DNA from: Chiloscyllium plagiosum
Lineage: Eukaryota
NCBI RefSeq assembly: GCF_004010195.1
Contig: NC_057754.1
Location: 9,301,215 to 9,365,214, forward strand
DNA: 64,000 nt
Direction: 5' to 3'
A model generated the notes under the pieces. The model worked only from the letters and a program-made list of their open reading frames with translations, did not search any database and had not been told where the DNA came from. Position numbers and translations under genes: made by a program. Every line of letters begins with the position of its first letter. Position 1 is the first letter of the stretch. Below, one piece after another: positions 37,511-49,497 of this stretch.

Positions 37511-37904
37511 ATAATATAATGGTTCACTGCCCCATCACAGACACCGACAGTATTTTAGATTAAATTATCAGCTATAGACTTCTCTTGTAGATGATATGAG
37601 AAGATCAATCCCACTATTGATCTGTTAGCTGTTTTAAAATTTGGCTTTATTTGATTTGTTATTTTTCTTGCCAAAGTGTTGAGAACAGGAGACACGAGTG
37701 TTATTTCCAAAATGATTGCAAGTCCTGTCTCTGATCTACAAACACCACATTACATCCATATTAGATCTGCCATTAAAGTTCCTTCAGCACTCCTAAATGA
37801 GAAGGAATGAGTTAATGGCATATTCCACTTATATAAGATGGAGAATATTATGCCAACAAGTGGGAATTGGAATGATTCAGTTTGAGTATACTTTGATGGG
37901 ACAG

Positions 37905-39035
37905 ATCAATGTGAAAAGGTTACTCATGGTAGGCGGATGGAGAAGGTGAAGTTGCCCAGGATGTACTAGCTAGATGGATAGAGAACTGGCTGGGCAGCAG
38001 GAGACAGAGAGTAGTGATGGAAGGGAGTTCCTCAAAATGGAGAACTATGACCATTGGTGTTCACAGGGATCCGTGTTGTTTGTGATATACATAAGCGATC
38101 TGGAGAAAGGCATAGGTGGTCTGATTAGCAGGTTTGCAGATGATTGGTGGAGTAGCAGATAGTAGCAGTCAGAGAATGCAGCTGAAGAAAGAAAGATTGA
38201 AGAGTTGGGCACAGAAATGTCTGAGTTCAATCAGGGCAAATGCAAGGTGTTGCATTTTGGAAGATCCAATTCAAGAGTGAACTATACGATAAATGGAAAA
38301 GTCCTGGGGAAAATTGATGTACAGAGAGATCTGGCTGTTCAGGACCATTGTACCCTGAAGGTGGCAACGCAGGTCAATATGGTCAAGAAGGTATCCAGCA
38401 TGCTTTCCTTCATTGGACGGGGTATTGAGTACAAGAGTTGGCAGGTCATTTAACAGTTGAATAGGACATTAGTTCGACCACATTTGCAATACTGTGTACA
38501 GTTCTGGTCGCCACATTACCAAAAGGATTTGGATGCTTTGGAAATGGTGCAGGGGGGTTCACCAGGATGTTGCTTGGTATGGAGGGTGCTAGTTTTGAAG
38601 AGAGATTGAGTAGATTAGGATTATTTTCTTTAGAAAGACAGAGGTTGAGGGGGTGACCTGATTGAGGTTTACAGAATCATGAGAGGTATAGACAGGGTGG
38701 TTAGTAAGAAGTTTTTTCCCAGAGTGTGGGACTCAGTCACTAGGAATCATGAGTTCATGGTGAGACAGGAAAATGTTGAGAGAGATATATGTGGAAAGTT
38801 CTTTACACAGAGGGTGGTTGGTACCTGGAACACGTTGTCAGCGGAGGTGATAGAGGTGGGCACGACAGCGTCATTTAAAATGTATCTAGACAGATACATG
38901 GATGGGTAGGGAGTAGAGGGATACAGATCCTTAGAAAATAGGCAACAGGTTTAGATAGAGGATCTGGATCAGCGTGGGCTTGGAGGGCCGAAGGGCCTGT
39001 GCCTTGACTGTAATTTTCTATTTTCTTCGTTCTTT
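37905..39035 (+). mobile_element. CR1 LINE RT and 3' fragment
   Basis: YISDLE...SRFADD; EFNQGKCKVLHFGR; FFTQRVVGTWNTL; tail GGGCCGAAGGGCCTG. Confidence 0.88.
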
Positions 39036-39814
39036 GATATCGTTGTCTGTTCTCAGAAAAGTTAGGAAAGCATTGATCTGATGAGTAAATTGATATCTAT
39101 TTTTGTATCCTGGCCTCCCAACTTGTTGGGAAAACCAAATTTAATTGGCCACTATTCAAGACATCAGATCCATACAGGAGGAGATTAGCACATACCTCCA
39201 GACAGACACCCTCTTGATCTTTTGTTATGATCACCTGAAAAACCGAGAGTGACTTGTGTCAGATGCATAAATGGCATGATGTTGAGATGCCAATGTGAGC
39301 TTGCAGATAATTAACATGGGAAAATATGTGGTTGACCTGCAGGGAAAAATAGGTCCTAGACATGTTTAATATTGACGACAGAACAGCACTGATTGATTCA
39401 TATAGATCAAAGATTCAGATAACATTTTGAATCATCAAGGCATTGGCACATACTCCACAGGGAAACTGGCATTAAGCTGATCAGGAGTGAATTAAACACC
39501 CTCAATTCTGTTAGAACGAGTAAAATTAAAGAGGGACTTCAAATCTGGATTGTGAAAATTTCCAATGAGGCGGTTGCAGGTGAACAGGGAACTTGAGAAT
39601 CTTTAAGTTCCACATGTGAGCTTCGTTTAAACCGTTTATACTTATGACATGATCTAGAATTGTGTGAGATGATATGCAGGTACGGAGGATGAATCAAAAT
39701 TGGTAGTTATCAAACTGGAGTTGTCTTGACATTTATTCTTGGAATCTGTTACTGATTCTAACCATTCTGGTAAGTTATCTGCAGTATGTGATCTGGAACT
39801 TAGGAAAAACTTTT

Positions 39815-40130
39815 GGGCGGCACGGTGGCACAGTGGTTAGCACTGCTGCCTCACAGCGCCGGAGACCTGGGTTCAATTCCCGCCTCAGGCGACTGACTGT
39901 GTGGAGTTTGCACGTTCTCCCCGTGTCTGTGTGGGTTTTCTCCGGGTGCTCCGGTTTCCTTTCACAGTCCAAAGATGTCCAGGTCAGGTGAATTGGCCAT
40001 GCTAAATTGCCCGTAGTGTTAGGTAAGGGGTAAATGTAGGGGTATGGGTGGGTTGCGCTTCGGCGGGTCGGTGTGGACTTGTTGGGCCGAAGGGCCTGTT
40101 TCCACACTGTAATGTAATCTAATCTAATCT
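39815..40130 (+). mobile_element. HE1-like SINE, young subfamily
   Basis: A box TGGCACAGTGG, B box GGTTCAATTCC, CpGs retained, (AATCT)n tail. Confidence 0.92.
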
Positions 40131-40947
40131 AAAAAACAAGCTCATAGTTTAGAAACAGCTGGGTTAGTCAGAAATCAGTTGCAAGAAGTCAATAAGGATA
40201 TTCCAAGTTTTGAAGACATGACATACCCGTTTTGAAACATTAACTGTTTCTCTTTCCACAGATGCTGTCAGCCTGCTGAGGTTTTCCAGCATTCTGTGTT
40301 TGTTTCAGTATCCACAGTATTTTGTTTTAAAAGGATATTTCCTTTTCCATGTTGAGGGATTTGTAAGAAGTTGCTATCTAATACAGAAGCAGAATCTGAA
40401 AAAATCAATTGAATATTACAGGAATAGCTCCCTCTGTCACTTGTGAAGAAGGTTTCTTGCATTGACAAACTTTGATGGTGTACATATGTTATCTTCCAAG
40501 GAAGTGTCCCTCACTCACACCCTGCCGTAAGACAAATTTTATAGGGTGAGGGATCTAGCATAAGTTAAACAGGATGTCCCAGTAAACAATGAGACAGGGT
40601 GCTCCATTTTCCTCCCACAGTCCAAAAAGCGTGCGGGTTAGGTGAATTGGCCATGCTAAATTCCCTGTAGTGTTAGGTGAAGGGATAAATGTAGGGGAAT
40701 AGGTCTGGGTGGGTCACTCTTCGGAGGGTCGGCGTGGACTTGTTGGGCCGAAGGGCCCGTTTCCACGCTGTAAGTAATCTAATCTTATCTTTGTAATCTA
40801 AAATGACTCCATGGACTTCTGAGGGGAAAAGGAGGGATTTGCTCTTGTGAATGATTGACAGAAGGCTCCCAAAAATAAACTAAATCAACAGGAAAGAGGG
40901 AAAATTTGCACAGGAAAGGACCTTGCACTGGAGATCAGCTTTGTCCT

Positions 40948-41248
40948 TGGCACAGTGGTTAGCACTGCTGCCTCACAGGGCCAGAGACCCGGGTTCAATT
41001 CCTGCCTCAGGCAACTGTCTGTGTGGAGTTTGCACATTCTCCCTGTGTCTGCGTGGGTTTCCTCCCACAGTCCAAAGATGTGCAAGTTAGGTGAACAGGC
41101 CATGCTAAATTACCCGTAGTGTTAGGTGAAGGGGTAAATGTAGGGGAATGGATCTGGGTGGGTTGCTCTTCGGAGGGTCGGTGTGGACTGGTTGGGCTGA
41201 AGGGCCTGTTTCCACACTATAGGGAATCTAATCTAATCTAATCTAATC
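40948..41248 (+). mobile_element. HE1-like SINE (a truncated copy also at ~40600-40785)
   Basis: Same head, body and tail. Confidence 0.88.
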
Positions 41249-41679
41249 TTCTATACATCGAAAGCAGATCATTCCAAGGTGGCCACCACTTCCAGCCACA
41301 GAGATCAGCATCCACCTGATCCGAGATCAGGAGACTATTCTGGTGAGACTGCTGCTTCCAGTCCCAGGGATCACTGCCCTCTTACTTGTTCCCATACATT
41401 TGTCGAATCTGGGATCAATAAACCATTCTTACCCATTGTGGGTCTTTTCTGCTTGCTAATAAACTGCTTTAAAATCACCAATGATTCTTACCCTTTTCTT
41501 TAGGTAATCTGTGACTCCCAGACTGAAGTTTTACATTTGCACAGTCGTGGAGAGGTATCAGTGAACTTAATCTATTGTATAATTTAAGGTGTTTGTTTAC
41601 AGCATTAAAGAATTGCGACAATGCCGAAGAAGGTCATTTGATCTATTATGAATACACTGGCTTTTTGAGCTTTCAACTT

Positions 41680-42290
41680 GTTCCAGGATTTTGACCCAGC
41701 GACACTGAAGGAACAGTAGCATGATTTCAGCTTAGGTTGGTGGGAACGGGAACTTGCAAGTGGTGGTGTTGCTGTCCTTCAAACAGTAAGTCGCTGCGGT
41801 TTCGAAAGTGCCGCCTCAGGACACTTAGTGAATTTCTGCAGTGCATTCTGTAGATGGTAGACATTGCTGCTAGTCAGTGTCAATGATGGAGGGATTGAAT
41901 GATCGGAGACGTGGCACCACACAAGGGAGATTGCTTTGATCTGGATGGTGTCAATTTTCTTGAGTACTGCTGGAGCTGCACTCATCCAGGAAGGGGAGGG
42001 GGGAGGGGGTGGTATTCCATCACACTTCTGATTTGTGCTTGTAGATGGTAGACACACATTTGGAAGTCAGGAAGTGAGTTATTCACTGCAGGATTGCTGG
42101 CCTTTGACCTGCTCCTGTAGCCACAGTATTCATATTGAGAGTCCTGTTCAGTTTCTGGTTAAAATGTAGATACTTAGTAATGGTAATACCATTGAATGTG
42201 GTTAGAATCTTATTGGTAATGATTATTGCCTGACACTTTTATGGCACAAATATCATGTGCCACCTGTCTGCCACCATGGCTGCAGTAATT
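41680..42290 (-). mobile_element. Old non-LTR retrotransposon 3' fragment (clade uncertain)
   Basis: SWMSAAPAVLKKIDTIQIKAISLV resembles a LINE RT C-terminus. Confidence 0.5.
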
Positions 42291-42799
42291 GTCCTTATTG
42301 TAGTTAGAGAAAGTTCTGACGGGATGGCATAGGTTAATAAGCTATCAGTCTCGGGAACAGAAAACTGACTTGAAAGGCTTGTTGTAAGCAATATGAGGAC
42401 ATATGTAGGAATAGAATCGGGAGGACGAATACTATAGTGTATAAGGTTGATGTGGGGAATGCTGTTCTGATAAACAACACTCCTACAGGCTAAATCCTCT
42501 CCTAGCAGCACAGGACAGAAGCAAAGTGGAAGCGATGTTTCAAGAAGACATCACCAAGCCAAGTCAGAGCGTGTGGAGTTCGCCAGTCATGTTGGTTCCG
42601 AAGCCTGGTGAAAAGATGGCTTCATTTCTTTTCTCTCTTCTAAATCTTAATGGCATTATTGTGAGATAACAGGCATTATCTATTATTCCTAGGTATTTAA
42701 TGTGAAGTTATACCTTTCGTACTGATTCTGCATACATATATAACATTGGATCGTGCTGGTCTTAGCTACACATTTTTTATTAAACCCATGGTAATGCAT

Positions 42800-43490
42800 C
42801 TGCAATAACATTTTTATGACCTGCAACATATACAATTCGTAAATTAAAAGTCTGTAACATAAGACCACAACAAAATAGTTTCATACTTCTGTCTTTAAAT
42901 TGTTCCAAAAAAGGTGAGAGTGTTATGGTCTCTGAAACCCTCTCTGTCTATGTTCTGTACTCGCCAACTTTAAGGGCATTTAAATGGTCCTTGGGGATAA
43001 ACCTATAGATGATAATGGAATAGTGTAGGTCAGTTGGGCTTCAGATTGGATTCATAGGTCGGCGCAACATTGAGGGCCGAAGGGCCTGTTCTGCGCTGTA
43101 ATGTTCTCTGAAACATTGTTCGTAACAAACAAATGGTATAAGGCCAGTACCAAACTCAATAACTTTCTTTTCAATGGTGGAGCATTTTCTCTGGTGGATG
43201 TTGAGTTTCTTTGAAAAATAACCAAGTGGCCTTTCAATTCTGTCATCATCCTCCTGCATCAATACAGCTCCAATCTTTACATCGCTGGCGTCAATCACGA
43301 CTTTAAAGGGGTTTAGGAAACTTGGTGTGGCTAAAACCGGTGCAGAAGTTAACACTTTAAATTCTCAAATGCCTCCTGGCATTGTTCTGTCCACCGAAAG
43401 TTTGTGTTCTTCTTTCGCAAATCTGTCAGCGGTGCCACCACGCTACTTAAGTTTGGTAGAAAACTTCTGGTAGAACCCACTCAATTCCAA
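42800..43490 (-). mobile_element. Ty3/Gypsy pol fragment (RT end and RNase H), interrupted by a CR1 tail at ~42960-43110
   Basis: LTSAPVLATP..PFKVVIDASDVKIGAVLMQ...PLGYFSKKLN..STIEK, continuing DHNTLTFL...HKNVIADAL. Confidence 0.85.
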
Positions 43491-43724
43491 AAACAAAAGT
43501 TAATTTGTTCATTGTTGGAGTTAGATAAATAAATTGTTACTTGTTAATTATAGAGTGGGTGAAAGGATTCCATTTCATTTAACCACTCATTTACAACAGA
43601 TTAGGGGTAAGAGGTAGGTTATACCACATTTCACACTTGTTTCATTAGATTATGAGGCAAAGCAATCTTTTCTGGGTGTTTCAATTTTATTTATCAGAGG
43701 TCTATCGACTGCTGCTTTGCAATA

Positions 43725-44192
43725 GTTGTACCGGAGAGGGTGCAGAGAAGCTTCACCAGGATGTAACCTGAGATGAAAAGTCTCTGTTACGAGGAGAGAC
43801 AAGATAGACTGTGTTTCTTTTCCTTGAACAGAGGAAGCTGAAGGGGGCATCCAATTGAGACACACAAAATTACAAGAGGCATAGACAGAATAGATTGTGA
43901 GAATGTTTGCCCCATGGCAGATGTGTCTAAGATCAGAAAGCATATTTTTAAGGTGAGGAGCAAGTGGTTTAAAGGAGATCTGAGGGAAAACAATCACGCA
44001 CAGGTTGATAGAACTATGGAACATGCTACCTGAGAGGGTGGTGGAGGCAGGTACTTCCACAACATTTAATAAGCATCTGGATAAATACATAAAATGCCAG
44101 GACTGTGGACCAATTGCAGGTAAATGGGATTAGTCTATTTTGGTTTTTGTTGGTGGGCTGAAGGGCCTGTTTCTATGTAGTATGACTCAATG
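43725..44192 (+). mobile_element. CR1 LINE 3' fragment
   Basis: GAGAGGGTGCAGAGAAGCTTCACCAGGATG...tail GGGCTGAAGGGCCTGT. Confidence 0.8.
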
Positions 44193-44221
44193 TTTCCAGG
44201 CAGCGCATTCCAGACTCCAAT

Positions 44222-45700
44222 TGAGTCATAGAGATGTATAGAAATGGAAACAGAACCTGTGGTCCAACTTGTCCATGCTGACCAGATATCCTAACCTAAT
44301 CTAGTCCCATTTGCCAGCACATAGCCCATATCCCACTAAACTCTTCCTATTCATATATGCATCCAGAGACCTTTTAAATGCTCTAATTGTACCAGCCTCC
44401 ATTACTTCAACACCGACACAATATTCCAAGTATGGTTTCACCAGGATGTTGTATAGCTGCAGCAAAACCTCATGGCTTTTAAACTCGATCCCCCTGTTAA
44501 TGCAAGCCAAACACCATATGCTTTTCTAACAACCCTATCCACTTGGGTGGCAACTTTGAGGGATCTATGTACTTGAACACCAAGATCCCTCTGTTCCTCC
44601 ACACTGCCAAGAATCCTGTTTTTAATCCTATATTCAGCATTCAAGTTCGACCTTCCAAAAATGCTTCACTTTGCATTTATCCAGGTTGAACTCTATCTGC
44701 CATTTCTCAGCCCAGCTCTGCATCCTGTCTATGTTGTGCTGCAGCCTACAATAGCCCTCGATATTATCAACAGCACCTCCAGCCTTTGTGTCGTGGACAA
44801 ATTTACTAACTCACCCCTCAACCTTCTCATCCAAGTCATTTATAAAAACTACAAAGAGCAGAGGCCCAAGAACAGAGCCCTGCAGGACACCACTCACCAC
44901 TGACCTCCGGGCAGAATACTTTCCATCTACAACCACTCTTTGACTTCTGTCAGCCAACCAATTCTGAATCCAGACAGCCAAATCTCCCTGTGTCCCATAC
45001 CTCCTGACTTTATGAATGAGCTTACCATTGGGAACCTTATCAAATGCCTTGCAGAAGTCCATATACACCACATCCACTGCTCGACCTTCATCGACCTGTC
45101 TCGTCACTCCTGAAAGAACTCAATAAGATTTGTGAGGCATAACCTACCCCTCACAAAGCCATGCTGACTGCCTTTAATCATGCTATGCTTTTCCAAATAG
45201 TCATAAATCCTATCCCTCAGAATTCTTTCCAAAACCTTGTTGACCACAGACGTAGGACTGACTGCTCTGTAATTGCCAGGGATTTCCCTATTCCCCTTCT
45301 TGAAAAGAGGAACAACATTCATCTCCCTCCAATCCTCCGGTACAACTCCCTGGGAGAGTGAGGAAGCAAAGGTCTTTGTCAGCGGCTTAGCAACCTCCTT
45401 TCTCGCTTCTCGGAGCAACCTAGGATAAATCTGGTCTGGCCTGGGGGCTTATCAATCTTAATCTTTGCCAAATTTTCAAGCACATCAACTTCATCAATCT
45501 TGATCTGTTCAAGCCTGTTTCCCAGCTCCTCAAAGTTCTATTCACAACAAGGTCCCTTTCCTTCGTGAAAACTGAAGCAAAAAGCTCATTTAGGGCTTCC
45601 CGTATCTGCTCAGACTCCACGCACAAGTTCCCTACACTATCCCTGATCGGCCCTACCTTCTCCCTAATCATTCTCTTATTCCTCAGATATGAGTCTTGCC
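44222..45700 (-). mobile_element. CR1 LINE ORF2 fragment
   Basis: [67 protein letters not shown]. Confidence 0.93.
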
Positions 45701-45784
45701 AAGCATTTTTCGTGTCCCCTCCTGGCTCTCCTCAGTCCATTTCTGAGCTCCTTTCTAGTATGCCTCTAAATAATTAAAATCGAT

Positions 45785-46740
45785 TAACAATAGAAATTTC
45801 TGGAAAAGCTCAGCCAGAACTGTGGAGAGAAATTAGAGTTAACGTTTTGAGTCTGGTGACCCTTCCTCTGAGCTGATTAAAACTGATTGTAGCTAAGAAA
45901 ACGTTGTTTTTTTATGCAGAAGGAAGGGTAGGGGGAAGAGGAATAAACAATAGACAGAGATAGAGCCCAAAGTAAAGGAAGATCAGTTGGACAGATAAGT
46001 GAGTGGATAATCATCACTCTAGGAGAATGAATAATTACAAATTAGGACAATTAGTGGCTAACAGTAGACTATGTGTGGTAGCAGACCATATTGGCGAGAC
46101 AGGACACCAACTTACGGAATGTTTCAGAGATTATTTCCAGGACAAATGCACCAATCAACCTCACCGCCCTCTTACTGAACACTTAACTCACACTACTACT
46201 CTGCCAAGAACATGCAAGTCCTGGGCCTTCTCCACTGCCAAATTCAAGCTGCCTGACACCTGGAAGAAGAACACGTCATCTTCCACCTTGGGACCCTCCA
46301 ACCACATGGGATCAATGTCGATTTCACCAGTTTCCTCATTTCCCCTCTCCCCACCTTATCCCAGAGCCAACCCTCCACTCAGCACTGCCCTCTTGAACTG
46401 TCCTACCTGTCCATCTTATTTTCCACCTATCTGCTCCTTCCTTCACTCCAACCTGCCACCATCACCCATACCTTCATCTACCTATCAAATTCCTAGCTAC
46501 CTTAACCTCAGCCCCAACCCCTCCCATTTATCTCTCAGCTCCCTCCCCACATTCCTGATGAAGAGCTTATGCTTGAAACGTTGACTCTCCTCCTCCTCAG
46601 ATGCTACCTAACCGGCTGCTCTTTTCCAATGCCACACCTTTTGACTCTGACATGTGATAACAAGGCCTGATGTGTGGGGTGGGGGTAAGGATATGGGAGA
46701 AGGTGCCTCAAACCCTAAATTGTTTTGACTCAATATTGAT
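45785..46740. mobile_element. Penelope 3' fragment (-) with a second Penelope fragment (+; ~46088-46650) nested inside
   Basis: IGETGHQLTECFRD (GIY-YIG); pLTR core CTGATGAAGAGCTTATGCTTGAAACGTT at ~46555; 46650-46740 resembles the reverse complement of 17890-17975. Confidence 0.7.
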
Positions 46741-47383
46741 ATCTAGTCCCATTTGTCAGCATTTGGCCCATATCCCTCTAAACTCTTCCTATTAATATAC
46801 CCATCCAGATGCCTTTTTAAAATGTTGTAATTGTACCAGACTTCATCACTTCCTCTGGCAGCTAATTCCATATACGCACCACCCTCTACCTGAAACTCAG
46901 CAGTACTTGTGGAGAGCGAGCAGACTCCATTGCGTTGAAACCACCTTCCCCTTCGTCCCTCTGTCATGTTCACGTTGATTTGCTGTCAGCACAGCCGACC
47001 CATTTTCTGCTATTCACACTGTCTTTTAACACCTATTCTGCATTTAACTACAATCACTTACCTTTGTTTGTGGGCATCTTCACCACTTGTCCTGCTTGTT
47101 CCTCCTATCCGTTTGTTAAAAACCTAAAAACCATTTTTCAGCGCCTTTCAGTTCCGAAGTTATATTGGACTTGAAAGTTAACTCTGTTTCGTTGTCCGCA
47201 GATGCTACCAGACCCGAGTTTCTCCAGCTCTTTCTGTTTTTAATACTTGCCGTGCCTGCCCTGTCATTCCTTTAAGACAGCCCTTGAATTGTTTGTAACG
47301 CGCACGTTACACCGTGTTCCCACATTTCAGTAATTGAAACGTTACGCAATATGCTGAACCACTTAACAGACACTCCAATTTTT

Positions 47384-47533
47384 AGGAGAAAGTAAGGACT
47401 TCAAATGCTGGCGATCAGAGTCAAAAAGTGTGGCGCTGGAAAAGCACAGCGGGTCAGGCAGCATCCGATGAGCAGGAGAGACGACGTTTCGAGCATAAGC
47501 TCTTCATCAGGAATTTCTGATGAAGGGCTTATC
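47384..47533 (-). mobile_element. Family B element with an intact minimal hammerhead core (47483-47510)
   Basis: Minus strand CTGATGA-A-GAGC TTAT GCTC-GAAA-CG-TC; flanks CTCCAATTTTTA / CTCCACTTTTTA look like a TSD. Confidence 0.75.
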
Positions 47534-47579
47534 CTCCACTTTTTATGCTGATAAAATGTTTACTTTCTAATTTTATGAT

Positions 47580-48260
47580 TCGATTCTCCGCCTCCTGTTC
47601 CTACTCGATAACTAAAAAAACAATTAAATAACGGCAAAAAAAACAGAACCGCCAATGGCGAAGGTAGTACCCAGCAGCCTCCGCGGTGGTGAATACGCTG
47701 TATTCACACAATGGAAAAGCGGTGCGCAGTCGCAGCACCTAAGCATGCGCAGAATGGGCATTAGCGGTAGTTCTTTGTTTCTCGGATCCGCAAACGGTAA
47801 GAATACGGCGGGGTGGAAGGAGCGATGAATCCAGTGGGCAGTCGCGCATGATTCGTAAATGTGTTTTGTAAGTCTCCATCTAACCCCGATAAGGAATTTC
47901 TTTCCCCCTTTCCTGGTGTGCATCGAAATGGGCCGCAGCTACCAGCGTAGGTCCCCGGTTGCCGGCCGCCATCTTTATTAGGGGCATTGAGGGCTGGGCG
48001 CACCCTCACCGCCATCTTTGTAGGGGGAGGGGCGATGTTCTCAATGACTGGGGAGCATCAGCTCAGAACAGTAGCTCAGACTGGCTTAGTTGCCTGTCAA
48101 GCTGACGAAGTGTCTGATTGGTGAGGCAGCGCTGCGGTACACAAGGAAGGGAAAGGACGCAAATCCTGCACCCCAGTTCGCTCTAGCCATGGTAGGTCCT
48201 GCTCCATGTATCCAAAGATCCGCAACTCACATGAACAGCGACGGCGTGTAAACCTCTTCC
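47580..48260 (+). promoter_or_regulatory. CpG-island promoter and non-coding exon 1 of ZNF-3
   Basis: CCAAT at 47652; NRF1-like GCATGCGCA at ~47743; donor CG|GTAAGA at 47797; YY1-type CCGCCATCTT at 47966 and 48009. Confidence 0.78.
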
Positions 48261-48264
48261 GCAG

Positions 48265-48456
48265 GGTATTTGCAGAGGATTTGAAGACAGGAAACTCAAA
48301 CCGCCCAGCACATCGAAATTAAGTGGCACTGTATTCATCACAACCTGGGTATTATCCACCTTTGAGTGTAAACATCTACTTCCTAGTCGTTAGCGCTCAC
48401 ACCATCAAACCTCTTCCTCACGCCCCTCTGTGGAGTTCTGTCCTATTTATGATCAG
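48265..48456 (+). other. Candidate extra 5' UTR exon, a duplicate of the family leader
   Basis: CTCTTCCGCAG|GGTATTTGCAGAGGATTTGAAGACAGGAAACTCAAACC; possible donor CAG|GTAATG at 48457. Confidence 0.55.
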
Positions 48457-48638
48457 GTAATGGGAAGAACATTCCTCATTTGCTTTACATTGAACAACCA
48501 AAGTTGGACACACCCTTCAAATGTCCCGTCCCCCTCAAATCTTCTTTTCTCCAACCTGACAAGATCTTGCCAATAACATTCTTCATCCCTTGAACCATGA
48601 ACATTGGTGGTGATGGTGTGAGCCTGTTATTGAAAACT

Positions 48639-48826
48639 CATAAACAAAAACACATGTTCCTGGAAACGCTCAGCAGGTTTGGCAGCATCTGTGAAGTGAA
48701 ATCAGAGTTCAGGTTTCGGGTCCAGATACCCTTCCTCAGAATGTTAACTCTAATTTCACTTCACAGATACTGAGCTTTTCCAGCAACTTCTGTTTTTGTT
48801 TCTGATTTACAGCATCCGCAGTTCTT
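48639..48826. mobile_element. Family C fold-back element with 12-bp TSD
   Basis: TTATTGAAAACT at 48627-48638 and 48827-48838; inverted arms ATCTGTGAAGTGAAAT / ATTTCACTTCACAGAT. Confidence 0.8.
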
Positions 48827-49497
48827 TTATTGAAAACTAACGTTAGGGTGAAATATTTTGCCTGATTGTGAATAGTGTAATTAAGTCTCATGCAGATACC
48901 AGGGAGAGTCAGTGGTCAGGGAGTGGAGTTCATAGTGGGGACTGAAAACAATGGCTTAATTCTTTCCAATATTTCTGTTCCTACTGTACTGGATATCACA
49001 CAGATCTGTACAATGTGTAACATTGTGATAAATTTAGTGATGATAGAGTTAACATAAACCTTCTGCCTTCGTCCTTCTAGGAGGTTGAGAGTTTGGCTTA
49101 TAAAAGCCCTCTTATTCATCTTCTGCTTTTCCCAATTATCTCTGACTCTTTCTGTCTCCACCCATTGATGCAAAAGTCTTCTGTGAGTCCAGACCAAGTG
49201 ACAGGGTTTCTTGCTGGAAGGACATTCGTGAATCAATGATTTTCTTATGATAGTTGTCCTAACCTTTATGTATTACATTTTCTAGTTGTGGTTTCAGAAA
49301 CTACCATATTTAATCAGCTCAATTTAACAATTTGTTTTGTGGGCTTCTCTCTTATTATCTTTTTCCTGTTTTCAATCAATTTCACAGGATATCAGAAGAG
49401 GATAATTTGCAATTAGGAAATTCAAACTGACCATCACAATGGGATTTGATAAGAGTCTTCTATTTTCTGGTAACCTGAAAATCAATGCATTTTGAAC

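Noticed and set aside
39815..39890. tRNA genes (here and at other SINE heads)
   Set aside because: The A and B boxes continue into SINE body and tail; there is no standalone tRNA with a terminator.
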